Below, one piece after another: positions 49,249 to 62,435 of a DNA stretch of 64,000 bases. Position 1 is the stretch's first letter. Each line of letters opens with the position of its first letter. Source of the DNA: Octopus bimaculoides (Eukaryota); assembly GCF_001194135.2 (NCBI RefSeq), contig NC_068999.1:48032534-48096533 (forward strand), in the 5' to 3' direction. The translations under genes and the position numbers were made by a program. The notes beneath the pieces were generated by a model that saw nothing but the letters and a program-made list of their open reading frames with translations, searched no databases and was not told the origin of the DNA.

Positions 49249-51993
49249 CTGAAATTACAAAAAAACAACAAGAGTTAAGGGTTAAGATAAGGTGAGAAGT
49301 TTCAAAAGACAACAACAAATTTAAAAAATCAATGATAATTAGTTAATAAATAAATAAATAAATAAATAAAAACCAATAGTTATGGTTTAGTTAAGAAGCT
49401 TGTTCTGTGGTCTTAGGTTCAATTCCACTCTGTGGCTTCTTGGGCAAGTGTTCTCTACTATAACCGTAGTTGACTAATGCCTTGTATATGAATTTGGTAG
49501 GCAGAAACTGTGTGGAAGCCTTTTGTGTGTGTGTGTGTGTGTGTCTACATGTATCTTTGTGTGAGTATTTGTCACCAGCTCCCTACTGCTTGATAACTGG
49601 TGTTGGTTTGTTTATGTCTAGATAACTTAGCAGTTTCACAAAAGAGACTGATAGAATAAGTACCAAACTTGAAAGCAGAGAAAAGGAAAACAAAACATTA
49701 GTACTGGGGTTGATTTGTTCAAGTAAAACCCTTCAAGGTGGTGCCCCAGAATGGCTGCCATCTGACTGAAACAGGTAAAAGATGAAACCTTTCCAGGATT
49801 GTAACTATTATCAGATAAGGGATCAGTCCCTTCTTAGCTCTACTTGTGCAAATTTTATTAATGTAGTTTAACACCAAGTTAGCCCTGATTAAGCCTGATC
49901 AAAGGCTTTCTATCCTATGACCAATGGGTCATTTTTGTTTTTTTACAGGTATAGTCTAGTCAACCATTAAATATGACTCGTTTTTCCATGTTCATTAGTA
50001 CTGTGATTCATACATAGACATTATGTGTTACTAGCTAAAATCTAGGGTTACTCACCTCATCAGTACGTGTCCTTAAAGTTGTGGCCATCAAACTGATTCT
50101 CTTCTTTAACAGTTCCAGGAATAAATTTCCATTCACTGACCGTCCACCTGTGAAAGAAATTAAATAGAAACATTGAGATGCAAGAATGGTTGTGTGGTTA
50201 AGCAGTTTACTTCCCAAACACACGGTTTGGGGTTCAGTCCTATTGTGTGGCATCATGGGAAAATGCCTTCTACAATAGCCCAGGACAAACCAAAACTCTT
50301 GTGAATGGATATGATAGATGGAAACTGAAAGAAGACCATTGTGTATATATATCCTCTTCATCATCTTTTAACATCCTTTTTTCTAGGCTGGCATGAGTTG
50401 GATGGTTCAACAGGAGCTAACAAGCCAGAAGGTTGTGCAGAGCTCCAATGTCTGCTCTGGCATGGTTTCTAAAGCAGTGTACTGGGTAATTCTTTTGTGG
50501 CACTGGCACTAGAGAGGATACCAAGTACTCACAAGACAAAACTCTTCAATGCAGTGGGACAGACTATTGAAGGATGTGAAAGTATGAAAGAAGAACTGGA
50601 AGAGGCATCTTACTGAAGAGGAGCGTGCATACATATTCTGGTGTCAATAAGTATTCTAAAACCAATATTAATCTAAGAATTTCTGAAGAGAAACAAGTTA
50701 TAAAAAAGACATGCAAATCAGCTTAATACTGCCCATAATGCAACAGGTCACAAATGTTTTTTATAGTGTGACGGCCATATTTTTCTTCAACCAAAAACTA
50801 AAAGCAAAATTGAACTCTGTATTTTTCTAACAACCAGAAATATCAGGTTATATGAATCTTTTAGAATTATATTCTCAGAGAGCAATACTTAATATTGGTT
50901 TAAGAATACTTAATTGCACATTTTGAAGTCCTAAATGATTTCTGTACCAAGATTACAACCACCCCAAACTAATTTTATACTTACCAAGAAGTCCATATAA
51001 AACCCAGCGTCCATCCATAGCAAGGCAATTAACATTCATCTCCCAGTAAACACCTCCAACACAATCAAGAATCAAGTTGACTCCACGACCTGTAAACATT
51101 GCAAACATTTATTTCTAAAGCGTTTTTGTCTGCACAAATAGTTTCAACTAGTCATTTCGTAACACCTCATTAAGCAAACATTTTGACATGTGACACCCGA
51201 GTTCACTAGATATATTGACTAGTGAGACATTCCTTCAACTAAATATGTAGACAAGTGACCTCCCTTAACTCTTTAGCATTTAAACTGACCATATCCAGCC
51301 CAAATATTTTACCTGTTTTATGTTCAAACTGGTGAGATCTGACCTCTCACCCCAACCCAACAATGTCACTCTAAAAATAGACAAACACATCATTAATATG
51401 CCAACAGAGAATGGAAAAATATAAAAATCACAACTGATCAAGCACACTAGAGGACAACACTATTAATCAAACATTCTGACAGGTGATACACACCTTTAAC
51501 TAAGCATGTTATCTGGTGACACCCTTTAACAAGGCATGTTGACTAATGAGACATTCCTTTAACTAGATATTTTGACAGGTGGCACTTGATTAGTGAGACA
51601 CCTCTAATTAACTGTCAAAAGTAAGAATCCAAAATTAATCTTGACTATCCCCTAGGGTAGCAATTTAAAAGCACACCTTCAGAAATGTTAACTCTGACCC
51701 TCTCACAAAATTACAAATGAAGGAAGGTAGTAGAAAGTAATCAAAGACACACCTTCAGTGAATTTCATCACTTCTTCTGAGAAATCAGTCTCTTTGTAAT
51801 TAAAGCCAGCTGAGGCCCCTAACTCAAGTGCCAACTTGATCTTGTCTTCTGAGCCTGCTGTCACAATTGCTTTGCCTTTAGCTAATGTCACCAACTGGAT
51901 TGCTGCTGTACCAACACCACTTGCTCCTGCATGAACCAGCACATAGTCTTCAGGTTGGAGTTTACCTGCAATATAAAGAAAACACTACTAATT

Positions 51994-52034
<41 letters not shown>

Positions 52035-55000
52035 CTGGCAAGAAAAGTGAGATCATGGCTGTAGCCTACACCAGTGTCACATAACCAGCCCATTGAAAAA
52101 GTACCTTTGNNNNNNNNNNTGAAAAAGTACCTTTGAATCGTCAGGCAACATGCTGTGCTTGAGGAGACCTATTGAGTAAAGTAAATCAAAATCAAATCAA
52201 ACGGAAATTATAGTTGTGGCCAATACCAGTGCTGGTGGCATGCAATAAGCACCATTCATGCATGGGTCGCTGCCAGAGCCGCCTGACTGGCTCCCCATGC
52301 TGGTGGCACGTGCAAGTGAGCACTCCACAGACACGTGTACCCTTAACATAGTTCTCAGGGATATTCAGCGTGACAAGGCTGGCCCTTTGAATTACAGGTA
52401 CAACAGAAACAGGAAGTAAGAGTGAGAGAGAGTTGTGGTGAAAGAGTACAGCAGGGTTCGCCACCATCCCCTGCCGGAGCCTCGTAGAGCTTTAGGTGTT
52501 TTCGCTCAATAAACACTCACAATGCCCGGTCTGAGAATTGAAACCGCGATCCTATGACCGCGAGTCCGCTGCCCTAACCACTGGGCTATTGCGCCTCCAC
52601 ACATGCATATACAGACATGCATATATAGGATGATTACTTCATTTTGCCAGATGAGAGCCACTTTATCTGAAACCTCTATACATCATTGGATTATAGTGAC
52701 ATACACTAACACAACACTTATGACACTCTTTAAATGTCCATTGTTAAACCATCTAGTGACAAGCAAGAGCAACCATCAATGCAACCATTGGTACATACAT
52801 ATTTACACACAAATAATATCTAGGTACATACATATTTACATAGGTACATACACATTTACACACAGACAATATATACATACATATACATACATACATTTAC
52901 ATATATATATGAATATACATTTATACACACACACACATGCACTTATTCATGAACAGATATTTGTAAAAGTGGTGTAATAAATATTTAACATATTTGTTTT
53001 CTTATATGTCATAATTCAGTTTTGTTTGAGTTTACAAAACAGCCACCCCCTTTCACCTTATAATAACTTTCCCTATCACCTCCTCCTCTACCTCAGAGTG
53101 AGCAAGGCCAGGTGACAGAGATAGATAAATTGTGAAGCAACAGCATTTCACAAAGCGAAACAGTATCATACCAATGCTTTTAATTATGCAATTGCGCAAT
53201 GCTTCCCTATAAGGACAAAATGTCTGTTACAGTTGTTTAACTTTGTTAGAACTGCTTGCTTTTCATACTCCCAAATTATTTTTTCTTTCTGACGTTTTAT
53301 TACTGGAATAATAAAAAAAGTTATTGTTTATCCATTACTGACAATTTCAAAAGATTTTATTACTAAGAGCAGTAACACTTTTATTACCGAATTTCTGTTG
53401 AAATACATAGCCTCTGTTTCAGTTAAATTTGAAATTAATCTAGAATTTATTGAAATAACTTCGTTGTTATTAACCTTTTTGCTACCATATTTCTGTTGAC
53501 ATATAATGCTTTTGTTTCAAATAATTTTTTAAATAATATCCAGCTGTAAAAACCACGCCAAAACTGACCTCACCTGTGCGAGTGCCACGTAAAAAGCACA
53601 CAGCCCACTCTGTAGAGTAGTTGGCGTTAGGAAGGGCATCCAGCCATTAAAACCATGCCAAACACACACTCAGGAGTATGGCGCGGGCTCCCGCCTGGGC
53701 GGCTCCTGTCAATCAACCCCAAAAGGACGAAAGGCAAAGTCGACCTCAGCAGAATTTGAACTCAGAATGTAGCAACAGGTGAAATACCCCTAAGCATTTT
53801 GCCCAGCGTGCTAACGTCTCTGCCAGCTCACTGCCTTAATAATAATGACAGTAATAATAATAATAACAAAAATAATAATTTATGCTAGAAACATATATTC
53901 TACAAAGCCTTAAATATGAATAAAGACGGTATTAAATTCACACTATTTTTCAAAGGTAATTTCTATTGCATTTTCTTAATTTGGTCTCCATTTCTAAAAA
54001 TTTAAACTGTTCATATATGGTAATTATGATACATGGCTGTTTGGTCTAGGTACATTAGTGTGTGTGAGGGCGGGGGAAGAGGCAACAATGAAAGTGGGTG
54101 GGTGGATGGGGGGGAAGATTTGTTTACCCATCATTAAGATAACAACATTTGTCTTTATCTCATGTCCACTAAACTACCTAACCACCACCAATCTCAATTC
54201 AGATATATAAATGAAAAACAAGTGCATTAAAAAATAACAAACAACAACAACAAAAACAACCGCAAAAGATATTCACATTGTCTGATTTTGTGACATAATC
54301 AACATTTATTTGTGCATTTATGTTACTTTTTTTGTTTGTTTGTTTGTTGTAGTCTTTTATATATTTTCCATTGTTTTACAAAGCTTTTTATTGCAAGCAT
54401 TTCTGCTTGTTTGTTAATTTGCAACAAATTCTGGATTTGTTAAACGAAAGATAAAAGGATATCTTTTATCTTTAATTTATTCCAGTCATTGGACTGCAGT
54501 ATCGCTGGGGCAATGCCCTGGAGAGTTTAGTTGAATGGATTGAACCCACTTGGTTATCTAGGCAGAGGGAAAAGCAAAACAAGGAGAGAGAGAGAGAGAG
54601 AGAGAGAGAGTGATCAAGAATGAGGGCAGAAACATAGAAAAAAATGTGAAAAACACAACATAGAGAATGAGAGGAAAGAAACACAAAGAATCTTAACAAA
54701 ATCCACTCCTGTATATACACACACACATTTATATATCACACACATGCTCACAACCTTACAAATTATTCACGCATGCACCCACACATATGCACATTTACAT
54801 ATCACATACAACAAATTACACACACACACACACTCTCTCTCTTTCTCAAAACTCAACAAATTATACACACACACACCTACATATTATATATACATCATAC
54901 ATACATTCATACCACACATTTATAATCATGAATTTATACAGGGAGAGAAAACAAGAAAGAAAAAATAACACACATACACACAAACAGTTAAAATCGTACA

Positions 55001-55611
55001 ATTATTTATACAGAAAAAAAGACGAAAGATAAACATGAGAACACTGAACATTGAACAGAAGGTGAAAGAAGAGAACATACCGACAAAATGTAACAGTTGA
55101 AAGGCAGTGAGCCAAACCTCTGGAATGGCAGCTGCTTCTAAGAAGTTCATATTTTCAGGCATTGGCATCACATGTTTAAAGTGCACCGCCACAAACTCAG
55201 CGTTTCCTCCACCTATAGAAAAGATGAAAAGAGAACAAACATTTGTTAACAAAGAATTTCTAGTATACACATTTATATATATATATACATGTGTGTGTGT
55301 GTGTGTGTGTGTGAAGACACAAGGCTCAGTGGTTAGAGTGTTGAGCTTACGATCGTGAGATTGTGAGTTCAGTTCCCAGACTGGGTTGTGTCTTGTGTTC
55401 TTGAGCAAGACACTTTACTTCACATCGCTCCAGTTCACTCACCAGTAGAAATGAACTGCAATGTCACTGGTGTCAAGCTGTATCAACCCTTTTGCCTTTC
55501 CCTTGGGTAACATCGGTGGTGTATTTCCATCAAATACTGAGCATCAACCCAATACATCCAGTGTGTATGTTCTTTTGACTTTTGTTGTTTGTTACTTTTA
55601 ATTTGCCTACT

Positions 55612-55649
<38 letters not shown>

Positions 55650-55813
55650 CACATATATATAATATTAGGGATAAAAATCCCAAATTACAGGTAAAAACTC
55701 AATTAAAATCAATTTATTAAAAATTAAAATTAAATTAAGTTTCACAGTATTAAATATATATATATATATGGATTTTCATCGATTAGTTCATGAACATTGG
55801 TTCTTTTCCCTAA

Positions 55814-55849
<36 letters not shown>

Positions 55850-58800
55850 CCCATTATTTAAATAGATATACAGTAAAAAAAAAAGGTGGGGGATGTACCA
55901 AAATTTATCCAGAAACCATGCTAAGCTCTGACCTAATGAGCTAGTAGGCTTGAGAGAATAACTATTTNNNNNNNNNNGGAATGTACCAAAATTTATCCAG
56001 AAACCAGGCTAAGCTCTGACCTAATGAGCTAGTAGGCTTGAGTGAATAACTATTTTTTTTTTAATAAGTGTATATTAACACACACACAACCATTAGAGCA
56101 TGGGCCCAGCCCCAAAAACACTAGGTCATGTGACTTCACACACACACATCATCATATAATTTTAACATCTACTTCTACGTGCTTGCATGGATCAGATGGG
56201 ATTCACTGAGGTAGATTTTCTACAGTCAGATGACCTTCTTGCCACCCAATGCTCACTTGTTTTCAAGCAAGGTAATGTTTTTGCATAACCAGACATGTTT
56301 TTAGGTATGATTACAAATTAGGGACTGTCTTTGTTCACATAACACTGACATTCATTGATAGTAACTATCCTGTGATGTCAGGACAAGGAGACACAAACAT
56401 GTACACATACACACATACAAACACACATATATATGCAACAAGTTTCTTTCACTTTCTGTCTACCAAATTGATCCACAATGCTTTGTTCAGCCCAAGTATT
56501 AGAAGCACCAAGCAGTGACGTATATAAATACAAGGTCATTACCAGCTCAAATATTCTTGAGATATATTCTAACTCATAAGAAAGTCATTCACTGCATTCT
56601 GTCTACAATGAGGAGACACACAGGGGGCACCCATGCCAGTGGCACATAAAAGAAGACACCCAGTACATTCTGTAAAGTAGTTGGCAATAGAAAGGGCATC
56701 CGGCCATAGAGACCAAGACAAAACAAACAACTGGAGTCTGAAGCAGCTCTCTAGCTTGCCAGCTCCAGTCAAACCATCTAACCCATGCCAGCATGGAAAA
56801 CAGACGTTAAATGATAATGATGAGAATTTTTTCCATGACAAAATGCAATGAATGGCTTTCTTACAGGTTCAAATATTTCTCAAGCATAGTAAACAGTAAC
56901 CAACATGTCTACTAAATCTAGTATTACCTTACTTACAATCTCACAATGTACAACGAATGTTTCCCCCCCTTGAACTTTTCTNNNNNNNNNNNNNNNNNNN
57001 NNNNNNNNNNNNNNNNNNNNNNNNNNNNNNNNNNNNNNNNNNNNNNNNNNNNNNNNNNNNNNNNNNNNNNNNNNNNNNNNNNNNNNNNNNNNNNNNNNNN
57101 NNNNNNNNNNNNNNNNNNNNNNNNNNNNNNNNNNNNNNNNNNNNNNNNNNNNNNNNNNNNNNNNNNNNNNNNNNNNNNNNNNNNNNNNNNNNNNNNNNNN
57201 NNNNNNNNNNNNNNNNNNNNNNNNNNNNNNNNNNNNNNNNNNNNNNNNNNNNNNNNNNNNNNNNNNNNNNNNNNNNNNNNNNNNNNNNNNNNNNNNNNNN
57301 NNNNNNNNNNNNNNNNNNNNNNNNNNNGGGTGACACGTAAAAGCACCCACTACACTCTCTGAGTGGTTGGCGTTAGGAAGGGCATCCAGCTGTAGAAACT
57401 CTGCCAAATCAGACTGGAGCCTGGTGTTGCCATCCGGTTTCACCAGTCCTCAGTCAAATCGTCCAACCCATGCTAGCATGGAAAGCGGACGTTAAACGAT
57501 GATGATGATGATGATGATGACATACATGCATGCATTCCTTTATACATACATGATGGCTGTCCACCCATGACCAAAGAAGTAAATCACTGACCATTAAGAA
57601 TATTGTGTATCAGATAAAATTATACTTTACCCTACTGGCTCCACTGGTGACTAATGAGTCCACTTGCCTGCATGACATGAAATATATGCCATGGATTATC
57701 ATCGAACATTCTCATTTGAAACTGCTAAAGGACCTTACCTATAATTTAGTTATTTGGCCATAGAACTGTGTAAAGTATACCTATTTTACTCTGATCCTGC
57801 CTTCATTTTTGACAAGCTGGAATGTAATAATATCCTCAACTGGGGATATTTCTTCATTTTTACATCTCCCTGACTTCTCACTCTCTGATGATGAGATACT
57901 CAGCTTATGGAATCCTTACTCAATCTCATGATCCACATGCTTGGATCAAGTTAAATGTTTGTGACTCTGATTCAGTCATTATTCTCATCTCTCGTGAAAT
58001 ATATCAGTCACCAGCTCAACCCAAGCAACAAGTGAACCTATACAACAACAACAACAACAATAATGATACTCACCTGCAAGGTATCTGCTCTGTTAATAGC
58101 ACTGGCCTGCACCTTTACAAGAACTTCATCGTCTTTTAATTCAGGAATTAGTACTTGATTCACATAGAGTACATCAGGTTCCCCTGGACTGTCAAAGTAT
58201 GCAGCTAACATCTCTGTCTTCTAAAAGAAGTGAAATTGAACATAATAATAATAATAATAATCAGTTACACATAAACAGCTATGAACTTGCATGTTGGTGA
58301 GTGTGCATACGTGTGTGTGTGTGCATGTAACAGCATTTCTTTCCGTTATGTATATTCAAAACTCAATTGTTTTCAAGTTTAATCCATCTTTTAATCCAAT
58401 TTTTTTCAGGCATGGCTGTGTGGTAAGAAGTTTGCTTCCCAACCACATGGATTCAGGTTCAGTTCAAATGTATGGCACTTTGGATAAGTAGCCTCTACTA
58501 TAGTCCTGAGCCGACCAAAGCCTTGTGAATGGATTTAGTGGACAGAAACTGAAAGCCTGTCATATGTGTATATACATGAGGGGTGCTGAAAAATTCCTGG
58601 CTTTGGGTAAAAGAAAATACAGGGTAAGTATGAGAGGCTGGATCTGGTCAGTTTGAACATAAAACAGGTAGAATATTTGAGCTGAATCTGGCTGGTTTGA
58701 TGATGACGGTGATGATTTTTCTATGTCTTTTATGTTTTATTTGTAACAATAATATTTCTAAGTTCGATTTCGTTTCAAGATCTTCTCAATCACATTGTCA

Positions 58801-60371
58801 AAATAAGCTGATAATAGTGAGATTATTACAAACCTGTTTCTGCTACCAGCCGCAGAAATACAGTAACAACTGTGCCTTTGTCAACACTTCAACATGAAGA
58901 TGAGACCAAGAGAGTTTTAAAATGTCAACAGATTTATAAGCAGTGAGTCAAAAAACTTGATCAACTGAGATTATCCAAGCAATTAGTATACAAAAACTCA
59001 CTCTGGAGTATTTAACCCTTTAGCATTGAGACTATTCTGTCACATGTAATGCTTATTTATTTACATCGTTTTGAATCAATCATGCGTTATCTCACAGTTT
59101 TGAGGTTTCAATGATGTGATTGTTTATTTTTAGAAAGACATTGTAGGGTAGGTGTAATAGGTTTGATCTGGCCAGTCTGAACATAAAACATGTAGAATAT
59201 TTGAGCCTGATATGGCCAGTTTAAATGCTAAAAGGTTAAAGATATAAAAACAATAAGCAAGGGAGATAATTCCAGTGAGATCAGTTGACTGATGTTTTTC
59301 GACATTATTAACAATGTAGATTGGTGTGGATCTTGGATTATTAAGCTTATACTTTCAAGTTTTATCAAATAAAATGTGCCAAGTCAATTTTGATCAAACA
59401 GGGCTTTGGTCAAGGCATACCAGCTGTGACCATCCATCTTTTTCCTTTGTGCTGATACACTCCAACACCAAATTATCCAAAGGTGTTCTTTTCTTTCTTT
59501 TTAAAGGTGGGGTTTAGCTGCTATTTCTAACAGGTTAAACAGCAATGTAAGAGCAACTTGCTGGCTCATAAGATGTACACATTAAACACTGGGGTGATAT
59601 CTAGATATGAACTATAAAAGAAAAAGATTTAAAAAAGGGAAAGAGAAAACATGGCAGAGATAAAGGAGAAAAATGATAGAGAAAGAAACAGAAGGAAAGT
59701 GGGTGGGGTGAAGATAAAGCAAAAGAGACAATATAAATGAAAGATTAAGAAAAATATACGAGGGAGAGAACGGGCAAGAAAGTGACAAGAACTATGAAGA
59801 GAAAAGAATTCTAGAAAGAAAGAGAATGGCTGAACTAAGACACAGTAAGCAAAGCAAAGAGATAAGATAAAAGGAGGCAGGGTAAACCGGCTAGATTTCA
59901 ATCACATTATAATATATCATACATACACACGTATATATGTGTATATGGATGTGTGTGTGTATGTATATTAGCTGTGGACATCAGCATGCCTTATGGAGAA
60001 AGCATGAAATTTTAATCAATTTCAGTAATGGTAGCAGTCACTGCTTGAATACACATTCTGCTTTATATAATTCAAGTTGTCAACACATACAGAAATATAT
60101 ATATATATATATATATATATACACTGAGAACCACTTCCCATTGTCAAACGGTGGTTGTCACGCACTGATGACGGGGCAATACCCAGAAACTCGGGTCCGT
60201 GTGTATCACGTCAGGCTGGAGATGGGAAAGATGACTTCCCTTTGCAAGTACTGATAGGACACAGAAAGTGTGTCAATAGGCAGCTGGAGGAGATGTCTTC
60301 CTGGGGCTACAAGCTACAGTAGCAACAACCTTTAAGGGTTAGCCACATTTAGGTGGCAAATATACTTCACG

Positions 60372-60421
<50 letters not shown>

Positions 60422-62435
60422 CCTTGTCAAAAGCACTGTACTGTTACACCAGCATTATCCAACGTGTTTTTTTTTATTATACGTTTTATTTAAGACGATA
60501 GAGAACTATATAAAGGTTTGGCTGGTGTTTCTAATAAATCATGCGGTCATGTAGAGGCTGCCTGGTTGTGGTTTGTTTGTTTGTGTAACACGAAGTCATC
60601 TTTGAGCAGATCTAAGGCATTCCAGCTTTGACCATTCCGTCCTTCGGTATAGCTAGTAATACCATGTTACCGTGTCTAAATGCATCCTTCCAAAAAAAGA
60701 CGGAGGTGGGAGGAGGGTGAAGGAAATTTGGCTGCTATTTCTAGCAGTCGAGCGCAAAGCTCAAATCATCATCTCGCCTGCTGGTCGTACGTGAAGCAGT
60801 CGAGCACAACAACAACTACTATTATTATTATTACTACTACTCTCCCTCCTCCTTGTCGGGTACTTAAGTTTCTAGCACTTGCTTAGCTCGAAGAATGGGG
60901 AAGGAACTATTCTACGGTAGGCAGAGGAGGGTATATGACAGACCAAAGTGCTTAGTTCTGTACACGGAAACAATAAATTCTTACACAGAAGCAAAACCCC
61001 AAAATTGAGGAGATGGGCAACGAATTAATCTTCTTCATAGAAATACAGGGTGTTTTATAAATATATTAGATTGATCTCTTGACTATTGTTGTAGGGCGGA
61101 TGCAATGTTGACCTTCGCTGGATTAGAACGCTAAACATAAATTTACCCAAGAAGTTGTCAAGTACTTTACATAATCAGCGAGGGAGCCTCTAAGTGGTTA
61201 CTTGATCTGCAAGAAATAGCAGTCAGTATCACTCTTAATCACACCCAGACGGAAGAACATTGGATAAAGGTACTCCTACATATCTGAAAAACGATGGGAT
61301 GCTCACGACCGGAATGTTTTTGGTCATAGATCTGCTTGATTATGGTGGCGCTGAGGTTAAAACAACATCTAGTATGTGGGAAGCTTTGTAAGATAAAAAG
61401 GCAACCACACACAATAAAGGAAGGATGTGTGTGTGTGTGTGTGTGTAATAAAACAAGGACGAGTCGGTCATTATCAGAATGCCTTTCAGCACAGGTTTGG
61501 TCTATCTCGTACAGGATTAGCCGTTAATCAAAATAAGCGCATGCTTAGGGCCTTTAAGGGAAGCAGGGGGTACCACAGAAATGATAAAGGATTTATAGTA
61601 CAAAAGGAATCGCTTTAGACATATTAAAATTATATTTGAAATGGATTCTATGATTATAATTTTGAAGTATTCATGGTGAAAACTGAAAAAAATGTATGGT
61701 TTATAATTGTTTATATTTTGAATTACGTATATAAGGGAGCACCAAAATCTTTTAAGTGCTTAAGGGCCTCTGTGGGTCTATCAGAGCTGACCAAGAGCTA
61801 AACAGTATTTAAATACACTAAAACAATAGCAGACTTCACCAGTTGCTCACGGTATCTTACATCGCTACATACAAACACACACACACACCCAAAGTATAGT
61901 ATGATGTTCGTGAGGGTTCCGGGTAGTTCTAGCACCCCAGTTTAGTTATTATCCGCAGTAATATCGTTTTTTCGGCTTACCTCAAAAATGCTTCAAAGTG
62001 GAGAATAACTGTATTCCCTTGTACGATTATATATAATTAGGAAAGTGTACTCGTTTCTATATTTTGTTGATTATCAATTTTCTGTTTCAACAGCCCGTTA
62101 TATATACTTATGCATGTATGTGTAGGTATGTAAGAAGATTTAAATGTGAATCATTTTACACTATATTCTCTCGTCATGTACTTGACAGACAGATAGATAA
62201 TATCGCACGTTTAAACTTCCCTTCTCTCTTTTTCTTCTTCCGTAATTTCTTTCATTCTTGTTTTTTTTTTTTTTATCTTTAAAGGTGGGCTGAGGATTAG
62301 ATACATCAAGGTACTTACGTTATTGTTTTCAGCGTGAGAAATGACAACGTTCAGTCTAAAAGCAGTGCAAAGAATGCACACGAACAAAGAGATCCGAGAG
62401 ATCAACTTGCAGTAGTAACGTAACAATAATATCAT
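49006..62435 (-). CDS. TP53I3: Quinone oxidoreductase PIG3-like (MDR / zeta-crystallin family) with putative N-terminal leader and C-terminal KTEL; one internal exon missing
   Basis: complement join(62319-62435,58074-58220,[missing],55081-55212,51753-51965,50985-51089,50056-50147,49006-49248). Motifs [62 protein letters not shown] are colinear with human PIG3 as recalled. Confidence 0.9.
50056..50147 (-). CDS. TP53I3: TP53I3 exon (GRSVNGNLF...TTLRTRTDE)
   Basis: cacag|gt ... gag|gtgagt. Confidence 0.92.
50985..51089 (-). CDS. TP53I3: TP53I3 exon ([12 protein letters not shown]...WVLYGLL)
   Basis: tacag|gt ... g|gtaagt. Confidence 0.93.
51753..51965 (-). CDS. TP53I3: TP53I3 exon ([18 protein letters not shown]...KFTE)
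   Basis: tgcag|gt ... g|gtgtgt; NADPH-binding AxxSGVG motif. Confidence 0.93.
52315..52600 (-). mobile_element. tRNA-derived SINE family D
   Basis: Head ggaggcgcaatagcccagtggttagggcagcggactcgcggtcataggatcgcggtttcaattctc with A/B-box-like motifs runs into a SINE body; relatives near 34640(-) and 55322. Confidence 0.75.
55081..55212 (-). CDS. TP53I3: TP53I3 exon (GGNAEFV...[18 protein letters not shown])
   Basis: tatag|gt ... g|gtatgt. Confidence 0.93.
56982..57328. other. Assembly gap, candidate location of missing TP53I3 exon
   Basis: N-run; other gaps at 8644-8700, 13497-13506, 16005-16014, 17017-17390, 31453-32021, 32688-33340, 45778-46259, 48064-48630, 52110-52119, 55968-55977, 62771-62780. 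Confidence 0.95.
58074..58220 (-). CDS. TP53I3: TP53I3 exon ([15 protein letters not shown]...AINRADTLQ)
   Basis: ttttag|aag ... cag|gtgagt; Met equivalent to the human start at 58211. Confidence 0.92.
59012..59239 (+). mobile_element. piggyBac-like MITE
   Basis: TTAACCCTTTAGCATT ... AATGCTAAAAGGTTAA; further copies 10643-10920, 20002-20217, 22896-23123(-), 37821-38049(-), partial near 51265 and 58625. Confidence 0.8.
60157..60203 (+). ncRNA. Type I (minimal) hammerhead-ribozyme-like motif, degenerate
   Basis: CTGATGA 60165-60171, GGG/CCC stem II, GAAA 60186-60189, 2-bp stem III closed by TCGG, GTC 60195-60197, partial stem I cacgca/cgtgtg. Confidence 0.55.
62319..62435 (-). CDS. TP53I3: Putative TP53I3 leader exon, signal-peptide-like ([39 protein letters not shown])
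   Basis: ATG at 62435, 39 codons, phase-0 aac|GTAAGT donor matching the phase-0 acceptor at 58220; CpG-rich context; no homology support. Confidence 0.65.

Noticed and set aside
52520-52600. tRNA-like sequence with A/B boxes (also 55322-55385)
   Set aside because: Continues into a SINE body, poor acceptor stem; tRNA-derived SINE head, not a tRNA gene
55910-56055. About 77-bp tandem duplication with few differences around a 10-N gap (similar case at 52094-52135)
   Set aside because: Most likely unmerged allelic contig overlap, not a real duplication
56880-56981. Sequence with a minus-strand gtaagt donor next to the gap as the missing TP53I3 exon
   Set aside because: No frame resembles the expected WKxGDxVMALL segment
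58800-58845. ctgataa...caaacctgtttc resembling a hammerhead
   Set aside because: Both core segments (G8 and GAAA) are broken
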